Counted from the first letter of the stretch, positions 54,935 through 64,000 are shown. The stretch is 64,000 nucleotides of DNA from Thermoplasmata archaeon (GCA_021816865.1 JAKAWX010000003.1:34681-98680); one strand, 5' to 3'. Numbers and translations: made by a program. Notes: a model not told the origin generated them from the letters alone.

Positions 54935-55675
54935 ATGACCGAACCCCCGTGGATCCGGTTCGAGGGCGAGAAGTTCCGTGACGAGCTCACGAGCTTCAAG
55001 ATGGCGCACCACCCGTTCAAGACCCACCCGTTCTTCGCCCGGCTCGAGAGGGGCGAGGTTCCCCTCCCGGTCGTGCGGGAGTGGGCGAAGCAGTTCTACC
55101 CGTGGCTCGCCTCGGTGCCGATCGCGATGGCCGAGCGGTTCGCGAACTGCTCGTGGGAGCCCGAGAACGACCGCTACCGCCGCATGATCCTCGACCAGCT
55201 CGTCGAGGAGGCCGGGGACCCGAAGGGGAAGGCGCCCGGACATCCGGAGCTCTGGCTCCGGTTCTGCGAAGGGCTCGGGCTTTCGCGACGGGAGGTCCAG
55301 TCGGCGTCCCTCCTCCCGTCCACGATGGTCGCGATCGACGATTTCCTCTACACGAACCGGGTCAACAGCTTCTACGTATCCGCGGCGGGGTCGTCCGAGC
55401 CCCCGAACGTCGAGCTCTGCGCGCGCCTGTTACCGGCGTTCCGCACGCACTATAAGGTCGCCGAATCGCACCTCGAGTACTACAACCTCCACGTCGTCGC
55501 CGACGTCGAGCACAGCGAGTGGATCGGCCAGATCGTGGCCGGCTTCGCCTCGTCGCCCGTGATCCGCAAGCAGATGTGGGACCAGATGCTGCGGGGCTTC
55601 TCGATCCACGCCCTACTTGTCGACGGAGTGACCGCGGCGAACGGCGGTGGGATCGCCCCGTCGAAGGCTAAATAG
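54935..55675 (+). CDS. Heme-oxygenase-like fold diiron-type protein (PqqC/TenA/CADD-like)
   Basis: HPFFARLERGEVPLPVVREWAKQFY, LVEEAGDP....GHPELWLRFCEGLG and HVVADVEHSEW (E/ExxH...D..H ligand-like pattern). 246 aa. Confidence 0.65.
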   Translation: MTEPPWIRFEGEKFRDELTSFKMAHHPFKTHPFFARLERGEVPLPVVREWAKQFYPWLASVPIAMAERFANCSWEPENDRYRRMILDQLVEEAGDPKGKAPGHPELWLRFCEGLGLSRREVQSASLLPSTMVAIDDFLYTNRVNSFYVSAAGSSEPPNVELCARLLPAFRTHYKVAESHLEYYNLHVVADVEHSEWIGQIVAGFASSPVIRKQMWDQMLRGFSIHALLVDGVTAANGGGIAPSKAK

Positions 55676-55873
55676 GGGAACGGGGGTTCCCGGGAGCGAT
55701 GACGGCCGGCTCGTGCCTCCCCGCGGCGATGCGGACGGACGGACAGCCCGCCGTGGCCTGGCTCTGGTGAACGGGAGGCGCCGGGAGGGCGCCGTCCCGG
55801 TCGTGCCCTGCACGTTCTCGGGCCGACGCCGTCTCGGTCGCTTCCTCGATAGGATGTCCACGGAGAAGAACCG

Positions 55874-56626
55874 ATGTACGGAAAAACGATCCGCCTGAAG
55901 CGACTGTTCCCCGACCGACGGCGACGGCTGTTCTCGGTACCGCTCGACCACCCGGTCTCGATGGGGCCGATCGACGGGCTCGAGGAGCTTCAGCCGCTCG
56001 CCGAGGAGCTCCAGGACGGGGGCGCCGACCTCCTGATCGTCACGAAGGGCGCCGTCCGTGAGGTCGCGCCGATCCTCGCTCCGACGACGCGGCTCGGGGT
56101 CCACGTCTCGGCGTCGACGAGCCTCGGCCCGACGTCGAACCGCAAAGTGCTCGTCGGGACCGCCGAAGAGGCGGTCAGCCTCGGCGCGGACGTCCTGTCG
56201 GTCCAGGTGAACTTCGGGATCCCCGAGGAGCCCGACATGCTCCGGGACCTCGGCGTGGCCGCGGACCAGTGCCGCCAGCTCGGGCTCCCGCTGCTGTGCA
56301 TGGCGTACGTGAAGTCGGGCAGCGGAGGTACTCCGGACGAGCTCCGCCACGCGGCCCGCGCCGCCGCCGACACCGGGGCCGACATCGTGAAAACGAGCTA
56401 TCCCGGCTCGAGGGAAGAGTTCGCGAAGCTCTGCCGCACGACGCCGGTGCCCGTCCTCATCGGCGGGGGAGTACGCCTCGACGACGAGGCGGCGTTCCTG
56501 AACATCATCGCGGACAGCGTCGCCGCAGGCGCCGGCGGGATCTGCATCGGCCGCAACCTCTTCCAGCGACGGCCGGTCGGACCGCTCGCCCGGCGGATCG
56601 CGACGGTCCTTCACTCCGAGGGGTGA
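55874..56626 (+). CDS. aroA': Class I aldolase (DhnA family), probable 2-amino-3,7-dideoxy-D-threo-hept-6-ulosonate (ADH) synthase
   Basis: FSVPLDHPVSMGP and ADIVKTSYPG (Schiff-base Lys context). Sits directly upstream of type II DHQ synthase. Confidence 0.75.
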   Translation: MYGKTIRLKRLFPDRRRRLFSVPLDHPVSMGPIDGLEELQPLAEELQDGGADLLIVTKGAVREVAPILAPTTRLGVHVSASTSLGPTSNRKVLVGTAEEAVSLGADVLSVQVNFGIPEEPDMLRDLGVAADQCRQLGLPLLCMAYVKSGSGGTPDELRHAARAAADTGADIVKTSYPGSREEFAKLCRTTPVPVLIGGGVRLDDEAAFLNIIADSVAAGAGGICIGRNLFQRRPVGPLARRIATVLHSEG

Positions 56627-56637
56627 CCGGAGGGACC

Positions 56638-57663
56638 GTGACACGGGAACGGGTCGCGATCGCCCCGGTCGGTCGCGACGTCGCCGACCGGGCGGCCGTC
56701 ATCGAGCGCGCCCGGCGCCGCGGCTTTGCCCGCTTCGTCGTGGACGACGACGCGCCGTTCGACGCTCGGCCCGGTGAGGAGGTCGTGCGACGCAAGGGCG
56801 ACCGGCTCGAGCGCCCGGGCGGAGCGGTCGTGCCGATCGCCCGAATCTCAGGTCCCGAGGAGCTGGCGGCGGCCGTCGCTCGCGTCCCCACCGCCGGGGC
56901 GCTTGCGATCGAATGGACCGGCGACCGCGTGATCCCGCTCGAGAACGCGATCGCGGCGCGGGGACGCCGCTTCGAACTGTGGGCGTACGCGCGGACCGCG
57001 AGCGAGGTCCCGGGAGCGCTCGGGGCGCTCGAGCACGGCGCCGACCGCGTGATCGTCGAGGTCCGCTCGCCCACGGAGGTCGACACCCTCGAACGGGTCC
57101 TCGACGGTCCGTTGCCGACGGGCCTCGACTGGACGCTCGTCCCGGTCCTGTCCGTGCGCCCGGTCGGGGTCGGCGACCGAGTGATCGTGGACACGACGTC
57201 GCTCCTCGCGCCGGCGGAGGGCCTGCTGGTCGGCAGCGCCGCGGCGTTCCTCTACCACGTCGCGAGCGAGGCCGTCGGTTCGCAGTTCAGTCGACCTCGG
57301 CCGTTCCGGGTGAACGCGGGGGCCGCCCACTCCTACGTGCTGATGGCGGACGGGACGACCCGGTACCTGGCCGAGCTCGGGAGCGGGGACGCGGTCCTCG
57401 TGGCGGAGCCGAACGGACGCGCACGGTCCGCGCGCGTCGGCCGCATCAAGATCGAGCGACGCCCCTTGGTCGCCGTGGTGGGCGACGATGCGGGTGAGCG
57501 TCGGACGCTCTTCCTCCAGGAGGCCGAGACGGTCCGGGTCTCGACCGAGACGGAACGGGTCGCGACCACGGACCTCGAGCCGACGGCCCGACTCTTCGGC
57601 GTTCGTCTCCCGCCCGCCCGCCACCTTGGCCACGCGATCGAGGAGACGATCGAGGAACGGTGA
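56638..57663 (+). CDS. aroB': 3-dehydroquinate synthase type II (archaeal)
   Basis: RPRPFRVNAGAAHSYVLMADGTTRYLAELGSGDAVLV...VGRIKIERRPLV matches the family signature. Confidence 0.8.
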   Translation: MTRERVAIAPVGRDVADRAAVIERARRRGFARFVVDDDAPFDARPGEEVVRRKGDRLERPGGAVVPIARISGPEELAAAVARVPTAGALAIEWTGDRVIPLENAIAARGRRFELWAYARTASEVPGALGALEHGADRVIVEVRSPTEVDTLERVLDGPLPTGLDWTLVPVLSVRPVGVGDRVIVDTTSLLAPAEGLLVGSAAAFLYHVASEAVGSQFSRPRPFRVNAGAAHSYVLMADGTTRYLAELGSGDAVLVAEPNGRARSARVGRIKIERRPLVAVVGDDAGERRTLFLQEAETVRVSTETERVATTDLEPTARLFGVRLPPARHLGHAIEETIEER

Positions 57664-59168
57664 GCGCGCGCGTCCCCGTCCTGGTCGTCTCCTTGCCCGC
57701 GACGTCGGTCGCGCCAGCCCGCGCCCAGGCGGCGGCCGCGTTCGCGGCGGGCGCGGACCTCGCCGAGATCCGGTTCGACCGCTGGTCGGCCACGGAGCGA
57801 GGCTCGGTGCCGGAGCTCTTCCCCTCCCCCCTTCCGCTGGTCGCGACCCTGCGGTCGTGCGCCGAAGGCGGCGCCGGACCGGACGATCCCACCGAGCGGG
57901 AGCGTATCCTCCTCGAACTGGCCCGTTGGCCGTTCCGATGGATCGATGTGGAGGCCGCGCGAGACGGCCCGCTCCTCGCCCGCCTTCCCGACCCGGAGAA
58001 CCTCGGACGCATCGTCTCGACGCACGTCGTCGGGGAGGTCGATGTCGGCGCCTGGGCCCGCCTCCTCCGCGAACCGGTCCCTGTCGGCTGCGTCCGCAAG
58101 GTCGTGGCCTCCTCGTCGATCGGCCGACTGCTCGGGGAACTTTTGCCTCGGCTTCCCCGGGTCGAGGAGGCGCTGGTCGCGGCGATGACGACCGGAGCGT
58201 CCGGGCCGCTCCTGAGGGCGTGGGGGCAACGTCTCGGGCTCCCGATCGTCTACGCGTCGCTTCCCGAGGAGGGGCCCGGCGGCGGGTCGCCCCCGGTGGA
58301 ACCCGGCCAAGTGCCGGTCGACCGGTTGAGGCGCTACTTCGCGGCGCGGGAGGCCGGACCGATCTTCGGGGTCGCCGGTCACCCGGTCGCCCATTCGCAC
58401 AGCCCGTGGCTCCATTCGCGCTGGATGCGCGATTCGGGGCGGCCGGGGATCTACGTGCCGCTCGACTTTTCGTCGGAGGCGGAGTTCGTGGAGGCCCTAG
58501 GCCCGCTCGCGGACCGGGGGTTCCGAGGGATCAACGTGACGCATCCGTTCAAGGAGGCGGCGCTCGCGGCCGCGAGCGACGTGCGACCGGGGGCCGCGGC
58601 GTGCGGGGTCGCGAACTGCCTGACGCTGCGGGGGACCGAGGTGGAGGCCGAGAACACCGACCTCCTCGCGGTACTCCGCCGGCTCAGGGAGCTCGCAGAG
58701 GCGGGCCGCTGGGACGGACAATCGCTCACCGTCGTCGGGACGGGAGGCGCGGCGCGCGCCACGCTCGCCGCGGCCCGGACCCTCGGCGTCGAGCGTCGGG
58801 TGCTTGGCCGCGACCCCGCCTCGGCGGCGAACGTCGCCCGCGCGTTCGGTGCGACGGCGCTATCGCCCGCGGACCGGCGATCGGACGGCCTGGTCGTCCA
58901 CGCCACTCCGGTCGGGCGGGCGGACGCCGGACCGCTCGGACTGGACCTCGAACGCCTCCTTCGGCCCGGCGGTCACCTTCTCGACTGGGTGTACGCCCCG
59001 GACCGCCCGTCGGTCGCCGAGGCCGCGGGGCGTGTCGGCGCGAGCTACGAGGATGGACGGCGTCTCTTGGTCTACCAGGCCGCCGCCAGCTTCGCGCGGT
59101 GGTGGGGCGAAGATCCGGACCCGGAGTCCCTGCGGGCGACCCTCGAGGAGGAACGGTGCACGGCGTAG
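57660..59168 (+). CDS. aroDE: Bifunctional 3-dehydroquinate dehydratase (type I) / shikimate 5-dehydrogenase fusion
   Basis: AroD half: ADLAEIRFDRW, ATLRSCAEGG, IVSTHV, VRKVV, EPGQV. AroE half: HSHSPWLH, INVTHPFK, NTD, GTGGAARA. Confidence 0.85.
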   Translation: MSARVPVLVVSLPATSVAPARAQAAAAFAAGADLAEIRFDRWSATERGSVPELFPSPLPLVATLRSCAEGGAGPDDPTERERILLELARWPFRWIDVEAARDGPLLARLPDPENLGRIVSTHVVGEVDVGAWARLLREPVPVGCVRKVVASSSIGRLLGELLPRLPRVEEALVAAMTTGASGPLLRAWGQRLGLPIVYASLPEEGPGGGSPPVEPGQVPVDRLRRYFAAREAGPIFGVAGHPVAHSHSPWLHSRWMRDSGRPGIYVPLDFSSEAEFVEALGPLADRGFRGINVTHPFKEAALAAASDVRPGAAACGVANCLTLRGTEVEAENTDLLAVLRRLRELAEAGRWDGQSLTVVGTGGAARATLAAARTLGVERRVLGRDPASAANVARAFGATALSPADRRSDGLVVHATPVGRADAGPLGLDLERLLRPGGHLLDWVYAPDRPSVAEAAGRVGASYEDGRRLLVYQAAASFARWWGEDPDPESLRATLEEERCTA

Positions 59169-60025
59169 GACGCGCGTCCGCCGCGATCACGATCGTCAAT
59201 GCCCTTCCGACGGGGATCGGCTGCGCGATCGGCATCGACCTCGAAGCGATCGCCGAGGCCACGATCCTCCCGGCGCTCGACGACCCGGGGGCGCCGACCG
59301 AGCCGCGGACCGACGGACCGTCGCCCCTCGTCGCGGAGGCCGTCCGGGAGGCCCTCCGACAGTTCACGAAGGACGTCGACTCCCCCTGCGAGGTGACCGT
59401 CCGATCCGCGATCCCGATCGCCCGGGGCTTGAAGAGCTCGAGCGCCGTCGCGAGCGCGGTCGTCCTCGCCGTCGCCCAGGCCGCGGGCTCGACGCCGGCC
59501 GCGCGGCAGGTGGCGCGACTGTCCGCCGAGGTGTCGCGGCGCTCGGGCGTCAGCGCGACCGGAGCGTACGACGACGCCCTCGCCGGGCTGTCGACCGGGT
59601 TCGTCGTCACCGACAACGGCCGGGACGCGCTCATGCGCCACCGACCCGCCGACCCCCGCTGGGAGGTCGCGCTCCTCGTCCCTCCCGGTACCCACCCGGC
59701 CTCCCCCGGTCTCCAGGACGCGTTCCGCGCGTACGCGAAGGAGAGCCGACGGGCGCTGGACGCCGCCCTCGCCGACCGGTGGTGGGACGCCATGCACCGC
59801 AACTCCGAGATCGTCGAGCGCGTGATGGGCTACTCGTACGCCTCGCTCCGCACGAGGCTCGCGACGGCGGGGGCCGTCGGCAGCGGTGTGAGCGGTCTCG
59901 GTCCCGCCTACGCCGCCGTCGCGCCGACCGAACGGATCCCCCGTATCCTCGAGCTCCTCGCCAAGGAGGAAGGGACGGTCCTCCGGGCGGGCCTCCGACG
60001 AACGCGGTCGGGAGGCGTCGCGTGA
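59156..60025 (+). CDS. aroK: Archaeal-type shikimate kinase (GHMP kinase family)
   Basis: ITIVNALPTGIG and PIARGLKSSSAVASAV (GHMP motif). The GTG at 59156 overlaps the aroDE 3' end. Confidence 0.8.
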   Translation: MHGVGRASAAITIVNALPTGIGCAIGIDLEAIAEATILPALDDPGAPTEPRTDGPSPLVAEAVREALRQFTKDVDSPCEVTVRSAIPIARGLKSSSAVASAVVLAVAQAAGSTPAARQVARLSAEVSRRSGVSATGAYDDALAGLSTGFVVTDNGRDALMRHRPADPRWEVALLVPPGTHPASPGLQDAFRAYAKESRRALDAALADRWWDAMHRNSEIVERVMGYSYASLRTRLATAGAVGSGVSGLGPAYAAVAPTERIPRILELLAKEEGTVLRAGLRRTRSGGVA

Positions 60026-61296
60026 TTCGGGTCCGGCTCCGGCCCGGCCGGGCGTTCGGCGTCGTGCGAGCGCCGCCGTCGAAGAGCTACACTCACCGGG
60101 CGCTCGTGGTGGGACACCTCGCCCGGCGGCGCTACCGGGTCGACGACCCGCTCGACGCCGACGACACGCGGGCGACAGCCCGGGCGGTCGGGGCGCTCGG
60201 TACTCCGGTCGAGCGGTCGGACGCCCGCTGGACCGTGGAGCCCCCCGAACCCGCGCGCCTCCGTGGCGTCGCCCGCATCGACTGCCGGGAATCCGGCACG
60301 ACGCTCCGTTTCGCCACGGCGCTCGCCGCGCTGTCGGATCGAACCGTCGTGCTGCGCGGCTCGGGGCGGCTTCCGACACGTCCGATGGGCCCGCTCGTCG
60401 CGACCCTCGAGCGACTCGGCGCGACCGTGCGCACGCCGGCGGGCGGCCGCACGCTTCCCCTCACCATCCGGGGGCCGATCGACGCCGGCCGCGTCGAGCT
60501 CGACGCCTCGGAGAGCTCGCAGTTCGCCTCCGCGCTCCTCCTCGCCCTCCCGACACTGCCCGATGCGTCGACGCTCCTCCTTCGCGGCCCGGTCGTGTCG
60601 GCCCCGTACCTCGACGCCACCGTGGCGATCCTTTCCCACCACGGCGTCGAATGCTCGCGGAGCGCTCGCACCCTCCGCGTCCCGGGAGGACAGCGGTACC
60701 GCGGGGATCGGTTCGCCGTCCCCGGGGACGCGTCGTCGGCCGCCTACCTCTGGGCCGCGGCGGCGGTCTCGGCCGGCGAGGTCCGGGTCCGCGGGATCCC
60801 CTCCTCCTGGCCCCAGGCGGACCTCGCGATCCTCGACCTCCTCGAGCGGAACGGTGCCGAGGTGCGACGGGAGCGGGACGGCGCGACCGTGAAGGGCACC
60901 GGCCCTCGGCGGCCGTTCACCGTCAACCTCACGAACGCCCCGGACCTTTACCCGCTCGTGGGAGTGCTCGCGGCGACGACCGTCGGCCGCAGCGAGCTGC
61001 GCGGGGCGCGGCAGGTCGTCCGGAAGGAGTCGGACCGACGGCAGGGGACGGTCGACCTCGTTCGCGGGTTGGGCGCCGCGGTGGCGATCTCCGGCGACCG
61101 GCTCCGCATCTCGGGGACCGCCGCGCCGAAGGCGCTCACGCTCGACGCCCTCAACGACCACCGGCTCGTGATGAGCGCCGCCGTAGGATCGCTCGCCGCG
61201 AGCGGTCCGTCCGTCGTCGGCGACGCCCGGGCCGTGCGGAAGTCGTTCCCCGGGTTCTGGACCGTCCTCCAGGAGCTCACCGGAGGGGGCCCATGA
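60022..61296 (+). CDS. aroA: 3-phosphoshikimate 1-carboxyvinyltransferase (EPSP synthase)
   Basis: PPSKSYTHRAL, CRESGTTLRF, LPTRPMG and NDHRLVMSAAV. GTGA overlap. Confidence 0.9.
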   Translation: MIRVRLRPGRAFGVVRAPPSKSYTHRALVVGHLARRRYRVDDPLDADDTRATARAVGALGTPVERSDARWTVEPPEPARLRGVARIDCRESGTTLRFATALAALSDRTVVLRGSGRLPTRPMGPLVATLERLGATVRTPAGGRTLPLTIRGPIDAGRVELDASESSQFASALLLALPTLPDASTLLLRGPVVSAPYLDATVAILSHHGVECSRSARTLRVPGGQRYRGDRFAVPGDASSAAYLWAAAAVSAGEVRVRGIPSSWPQADLAILDLLERNGAEVRRERDGATVKGTGPRRPFTVNLTNAPDLYPLVGVLAATTVGRSELRGARQVVRKESDRRQGTVDLVRGLGAAVAISGDRLRISGTAAPKALTLDALNDHRLVMSAAVGSLAASGPSVVGDARAVRKSFPGFWTVLQELTGGGP

Positions 61297-62375
61297 TGTC
61301 GTTCGGCGAGCGGTTCCGCGTCACGGTCTTCGGGTCGAGCCACGGGCCGGAGGTCGGCGTAACGATCGAAGGGATCCCCGCGGGGACCCGCATCGACCCG
61401 GAGCGGATCCAGGCCGACCTCGACCGGCGGCGGCCGGTCGGGCGCCGCCTCGCGACCCGCCGCCAGGAAGAGGACCGTCTCGTTCTCGACTCGGGAGTGA
61501 CCCAAGGACAGGCGGACGGAGCTCCGCTGCGGGCGCACGTGGCGAACGAGGACGTCCGACGCGAGCCGTACGACCGCCTCAAGGATACCCCCCGCCCGGG
61601 CCACGCCGACTACCCGGCGCGGGTCCGGTACGGGACGGGCGCCGACCTCTCGGGCGGAGGGATCTTCTCCGGCCGGATGACGGTCGGCCTCGTGATCGCG
61701 GGGTCGGTGGCCAAGACGCTGCTCGCAGCCCGGGGGATCGACGTGGTCGGCTACACCCGTTCGATCGGGACCGTCGACGCGGAGATCCCGCCGGCCGCGG
61801 ACGTCCCCCGACTCCGCGAGTGTTCCCGGACGAATGAGGTCGGGACCCCGGATCCCCTCGCGTCGTCCCGTATGGAGGAGGCCATCGCCGCGGCGCGCCG
61901 GGACGGCGACAGCCTCGGCGGGATCGTCGAGGTCCGCATCGACCACGTTCCGGTCGGCCTGGGCGAGCCGTTCTTCGACTCGCTCGAGAGCACGATCGCG
62001 CACGCCCTCTTCTCGGTCCCGGCGGTCAAGGCGGTCGAGTTCGGCGCCGGCTTTGCGGCGGCGCGGATGCGCGGCAGCGAGCACAACGACCCGTTCGTAT
62101 GGGTCGGCTCCGAGGTCCGCACCGCCACGAACCACGCCGGGGGGATCCTCGGGGGCCTCGCCACGGGTATGCCGATCGTCGTCCGGGTCGCCGTCAAGCC
62201 GACGTCGTCCATCGCGCGGCCCCAGCGTACGGTCAATCTGGCCACTCGCTCGGAGGAGACGCTCGTCGTCACCGGCCGCCACGATCCGTGCATCGTGCCG
62301 AGGGCGGTGGTCGTGCTCGAGGCCGTCGCCGCGATCGCGGTCGCCGACCTGGCCCTTCGGGGAGGTTACGTATGA
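61293..62375 (+). CDS. aroC: Chorismate synthase
   Basis: FRVTVFGSSHG, RPGHADY and SGGGIFSGRMT. ATGA overlap. Confidence 0.9.
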   Translation: MMSFGERFRVTVFGSSHGPEVGVTIEGIPAGTRIDPERIQADLDRRRPVGRRLATRRQEEDRLVLDSGVTQGQADGAPLRAHVANEDVRREPYDRLKDTPRPGHADYPARVRYGTGADLSGGGIFSGRMTVGLVIAGSVAKTLLAARGIDVVGYTRSIGTVDAEIPPAADVPRLRECSRTNEVGTPDPLASSRMEEAIAAARRDGDSLGGIVEVRIDHVPVGLGEPFFDSLESTIAHALFSVPAVKAVEFGAGFAAARMRGSEHNDPFVWVGSEVRTATNHAGGILGGLATGMPIVVRVAVKPTSSIARPQRTVNLATRSEETLVVTGRHDPCIVPRAVVVLEAVAAIAVADLALRGGYV

Positions 62376-63454
62376 CGGACGAACGTCGGATAGCGTGCGC
62401 CATCCTGGGAGCGAGCGGTTACATCGGTCAGCACTTCGCTCGGCTCCTCGCCGACCACCCGACGTTCGCCCGACCGCTGCTCGCGGCGAGCGAGCGCTCT
62501 GTCGGACGACGGCTCGCCGACGTCTGGCAACTCGCCGAGGCCCCCCCCGACGCGCTCGCGACGTCGGCGCTCGTCCGGTCGAGCCCGTCGCGCCTCGTCC
62601 GGGCGGGGGTCCGGGTCGTCTTCTCGGCGCTCCCTTCCGGTACGGCCGGACCCGTCGAGGCCGAGCTCGTCCGCCGGGGGATCTCGGTCTTCTCGAACGC
62701 GGCGGACCACCGGATGGACCCTGCGGTCCCGCTGCTCGTTCCCGAGGTGAACGCCGACCACCTCGCGCTCACGTCCCGGCGGCCCCGCGGCCGCGGCCTG
62801 CTCGTGACGAACCCGAACTGCTCGACGACCGGTCTCGTGGTCGCGCTCGCCCCGATCGTCCCGCTCCTGCGCCCTCGCGCGGTCCACGTGGCGACGTACC
62901 AAGCGCTCTCGGGCGCCGGGTACCCCGGGGTGCCGTCGCTCGCGATCGCCGACAACGTCGTTCCGTTCATCCGCGACGAAGAGGAGAAGATGCGCGCGGA
63001 GACGGCGCGCATCCTCGGCCGCCGTCGGGGCGCCCACGTCGCCCCGCTGGACCTCCCCGTGGTCGCCCAGTGCGCCCGCGTCGCGACACGCGAAGGTCAT
63101 CTCGAGGCGGTGACGCTCGAAGCGACGCGTCGGTCCTCTCTTGACGAGGTCGAACGGGCCTGGCGTGCGTTCGACCCGCTCGCCGCAGACGAGCTGCCCA
63201 CCGCGCCCCGACCGCCGATCGAGCTCCGGGCGGAAACCGACCGGCCCCAGCCGCTGCGCGACCGGTGGGCGGGCGCGCCGGCCCGCGCCCGCGGCATGGC
63301 GGTCGTCGTCGGGCGTCCGCGCCTCGACCCGCCCTACCTGCGGTTCTTCGTCCTCTCCCACAACGCGGTGCGCGGAGGAGCGGGGGGCTCGGTGCTCAAC
63401 GCCGAGCTCGCTCTCGCCCGAGGGTTCCTGTCGCGGGAGGTCGCGCCGCCGTGA
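62372..63454 (+). CDS. asd: Aspartate-semialdehyde dehydrogenase
   Basis: AILGASGYIGQ, TNPNCSTTG and YQALSGAGY. ATGA overlap. Confidence 0.9.
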   Translation: MTDERRIACAILGASGYIGQHFARLLADHPTFARPLLAASERSVGRRLADVWQLAEAPPDALATSALVRSSPSRLVRAGVRVVFSALPSGTAGPVEAELVRRGISVFSNAADHRMDPAVPLLVPEVNADHLALTSRRPRGRGLLVTNPNCSTTGLVVALAPIVPLLRPRAVHVATYQALSGAGYPGVPSLAIADNVVPFIRDEEEKMRAETARILGRRRGAHVAPLDLPVVAQCARVATREGHLEAVTLEATRRSSLDEVERAWRAFDPLAADELPTAPRPPIELRAETDRPQPLRDRWAGAPARARGMAVVVGRPRLDPPYLRFFVLSHNAVRGGAGGSVLNAELALARGFLSREVAPP

Positions 63455-64000
63455 GCCCCGCCCGCCCCCCGGTCGTTCTCAAGTTCGGCGGCGCTTCGCT
63501 CGCCGACCCCGCCCGCGTCGCGTCCGACGTCCGGTCGGCGCTCGCCGAGGGCGCGCCGGTGGTCGTCGTCGCATCGGCCCGGGAGGGGATCACCGACCGA
63601 CTCGGCGCGGCGCTCGCCCATCCGCGCTCGGTCTCGCGGCACCGGAGCACGATCGACGAGCTCCGACGCGCGCACCCGGGGCTCCCTCCGGCGGGTCGGC
63701 GGCAGCTCGAGCGGCTCGGGCGCCTTCTCCGGCAGGTCGAGGCGGCCCCCGGGCACGACGCGCCGCTCACCGATCGGGTCCTGAGTCAGGGCGAGCGGAT
63801 CTCGGTGCACTGGCTGAGCGCTGACCTCAACGCCCGCGGACTCGATGCGGTCCCCGTAGAAGCGGACCACCTCGGGCTGATCACCGACAATGCGTACGGG
63901 GCGTCCTGCATCCTCTTCGAACGCTCGCGCGTCGCGGTCCGGCGGGGACTTCACCGGCTCCTCGCCCGCGGAAAGTTGCCGGTCGTCACGGGGTACTTCG
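63451..64000 (+). CDS. Aspartate kinase, N-terminal part (runs off the window end)
   Basis: GTGA overlap with asd. Hand translation gives VVLKFGGASLAD, VVVVASAREGITDRL and KLPVVTGYF. Not in the ORF track because there is no stop within the window. Confidence 0.85.
   Translation, partial: MSPARPPVVLKFGGASLADPARVASDVRSALAEGAPVVVVASAREGITDRLGAALAHPRSVSRHRSTIDELRRAHPGLPPAGRRQLERLGRLLRQVEAAPGHDAPLTDRVLSQGERISVHWLSADLNARGLDAVPVEADHLGLITDNAYGASCILFERSRVAVRRGLHRLLARGKLPVVTGYF

Noticed and set aside
1-64000. CRISPR arrays, rRNA genes, long tandem repeats
   Set aside because: Reading the window by eye revealed no regularly spaced direct repeats and no rRNA-like conserved blocks. Only short GC-rich hairpins are present, as expected by composition.

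Overview
The window is very GC-rich (judged by eye, not computed) and almost certainly archaeal. The evidence: the archaeal aspartate-semialdehyde route into the shikimate pathway (ADH synthase, type II dehydroquinate synthase, GHMP-type shikimate kinase); a tRNA-Ile(GAU) with no encoded CCA; isolated AT-rich TATA-like boxes about 25-35 nt upstream of start codons, implying leaderless mRNAs; and pervasive 4-nt ATGA/GTGA start/stop overlaps. Because of the GC content, the six-frame track is full of long spurious antisense ORFs, so real genes were picked by recognisable family motifs. Map: (1) 1-17.0 kb holds a catabolic island: three paralogous cyclic amidohydrolases, two isochorismatase-like hydrolases, PrpD-like, family III CoA-transferase, amidohydrolase-2, an ICL/PEP-mutase-family lyase plus LeuCD-like hydratase, an acetoacetate-decarboxylase-like protein, and a split Liv-type ABC importer. 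(2) 17.3-20.8 kb encodes 2-oxoacid dehydrogenase E1alpha/E1beta/E2 without E3. (3) 20.9-24.1 kb carries a MOSC protein and an ABC-2 exporter. (4) 24.2-30.3 kb is an accessory patch: a degenerate IS630-like transposase, a small cryptic element with a frameshifted tyrosine integrase next to tRNA-Ile, a nucleotidyltransferase gene pair, and 1.3 kb without convincing ORFs. (5) 30.3-37.7 kb holds glyoxalase, NmrA-like, beta-propeller, flippase, SnoaL-like and GT2 genes. (6) 37.7-44.4 kb is the most unusual unit: a seven-gene, tightly coupled tusA-mvhD-hdrA(GltD-fused)-hdrA2-wHTH-hdrC-hdrB-like operon. (7) 44.9-48.4 kb carries a DUF1015 protein and a 709-aa membrane polyferredoxin fusion. (8) 49.3-52.3 kb is aceB-aceA. 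(9) 52.4-55.7 kb encodes acyl-CoA dehydrogenase, a CoA-transferase and a heme-oxygenase-like diiron protein. (10) 55.9-64.0 kb is a complete aro operon fused to asd and aspartate kinase. No CRISPR array or rRNA was seen. All family calls come from motif recognition by eye; no searches were run.
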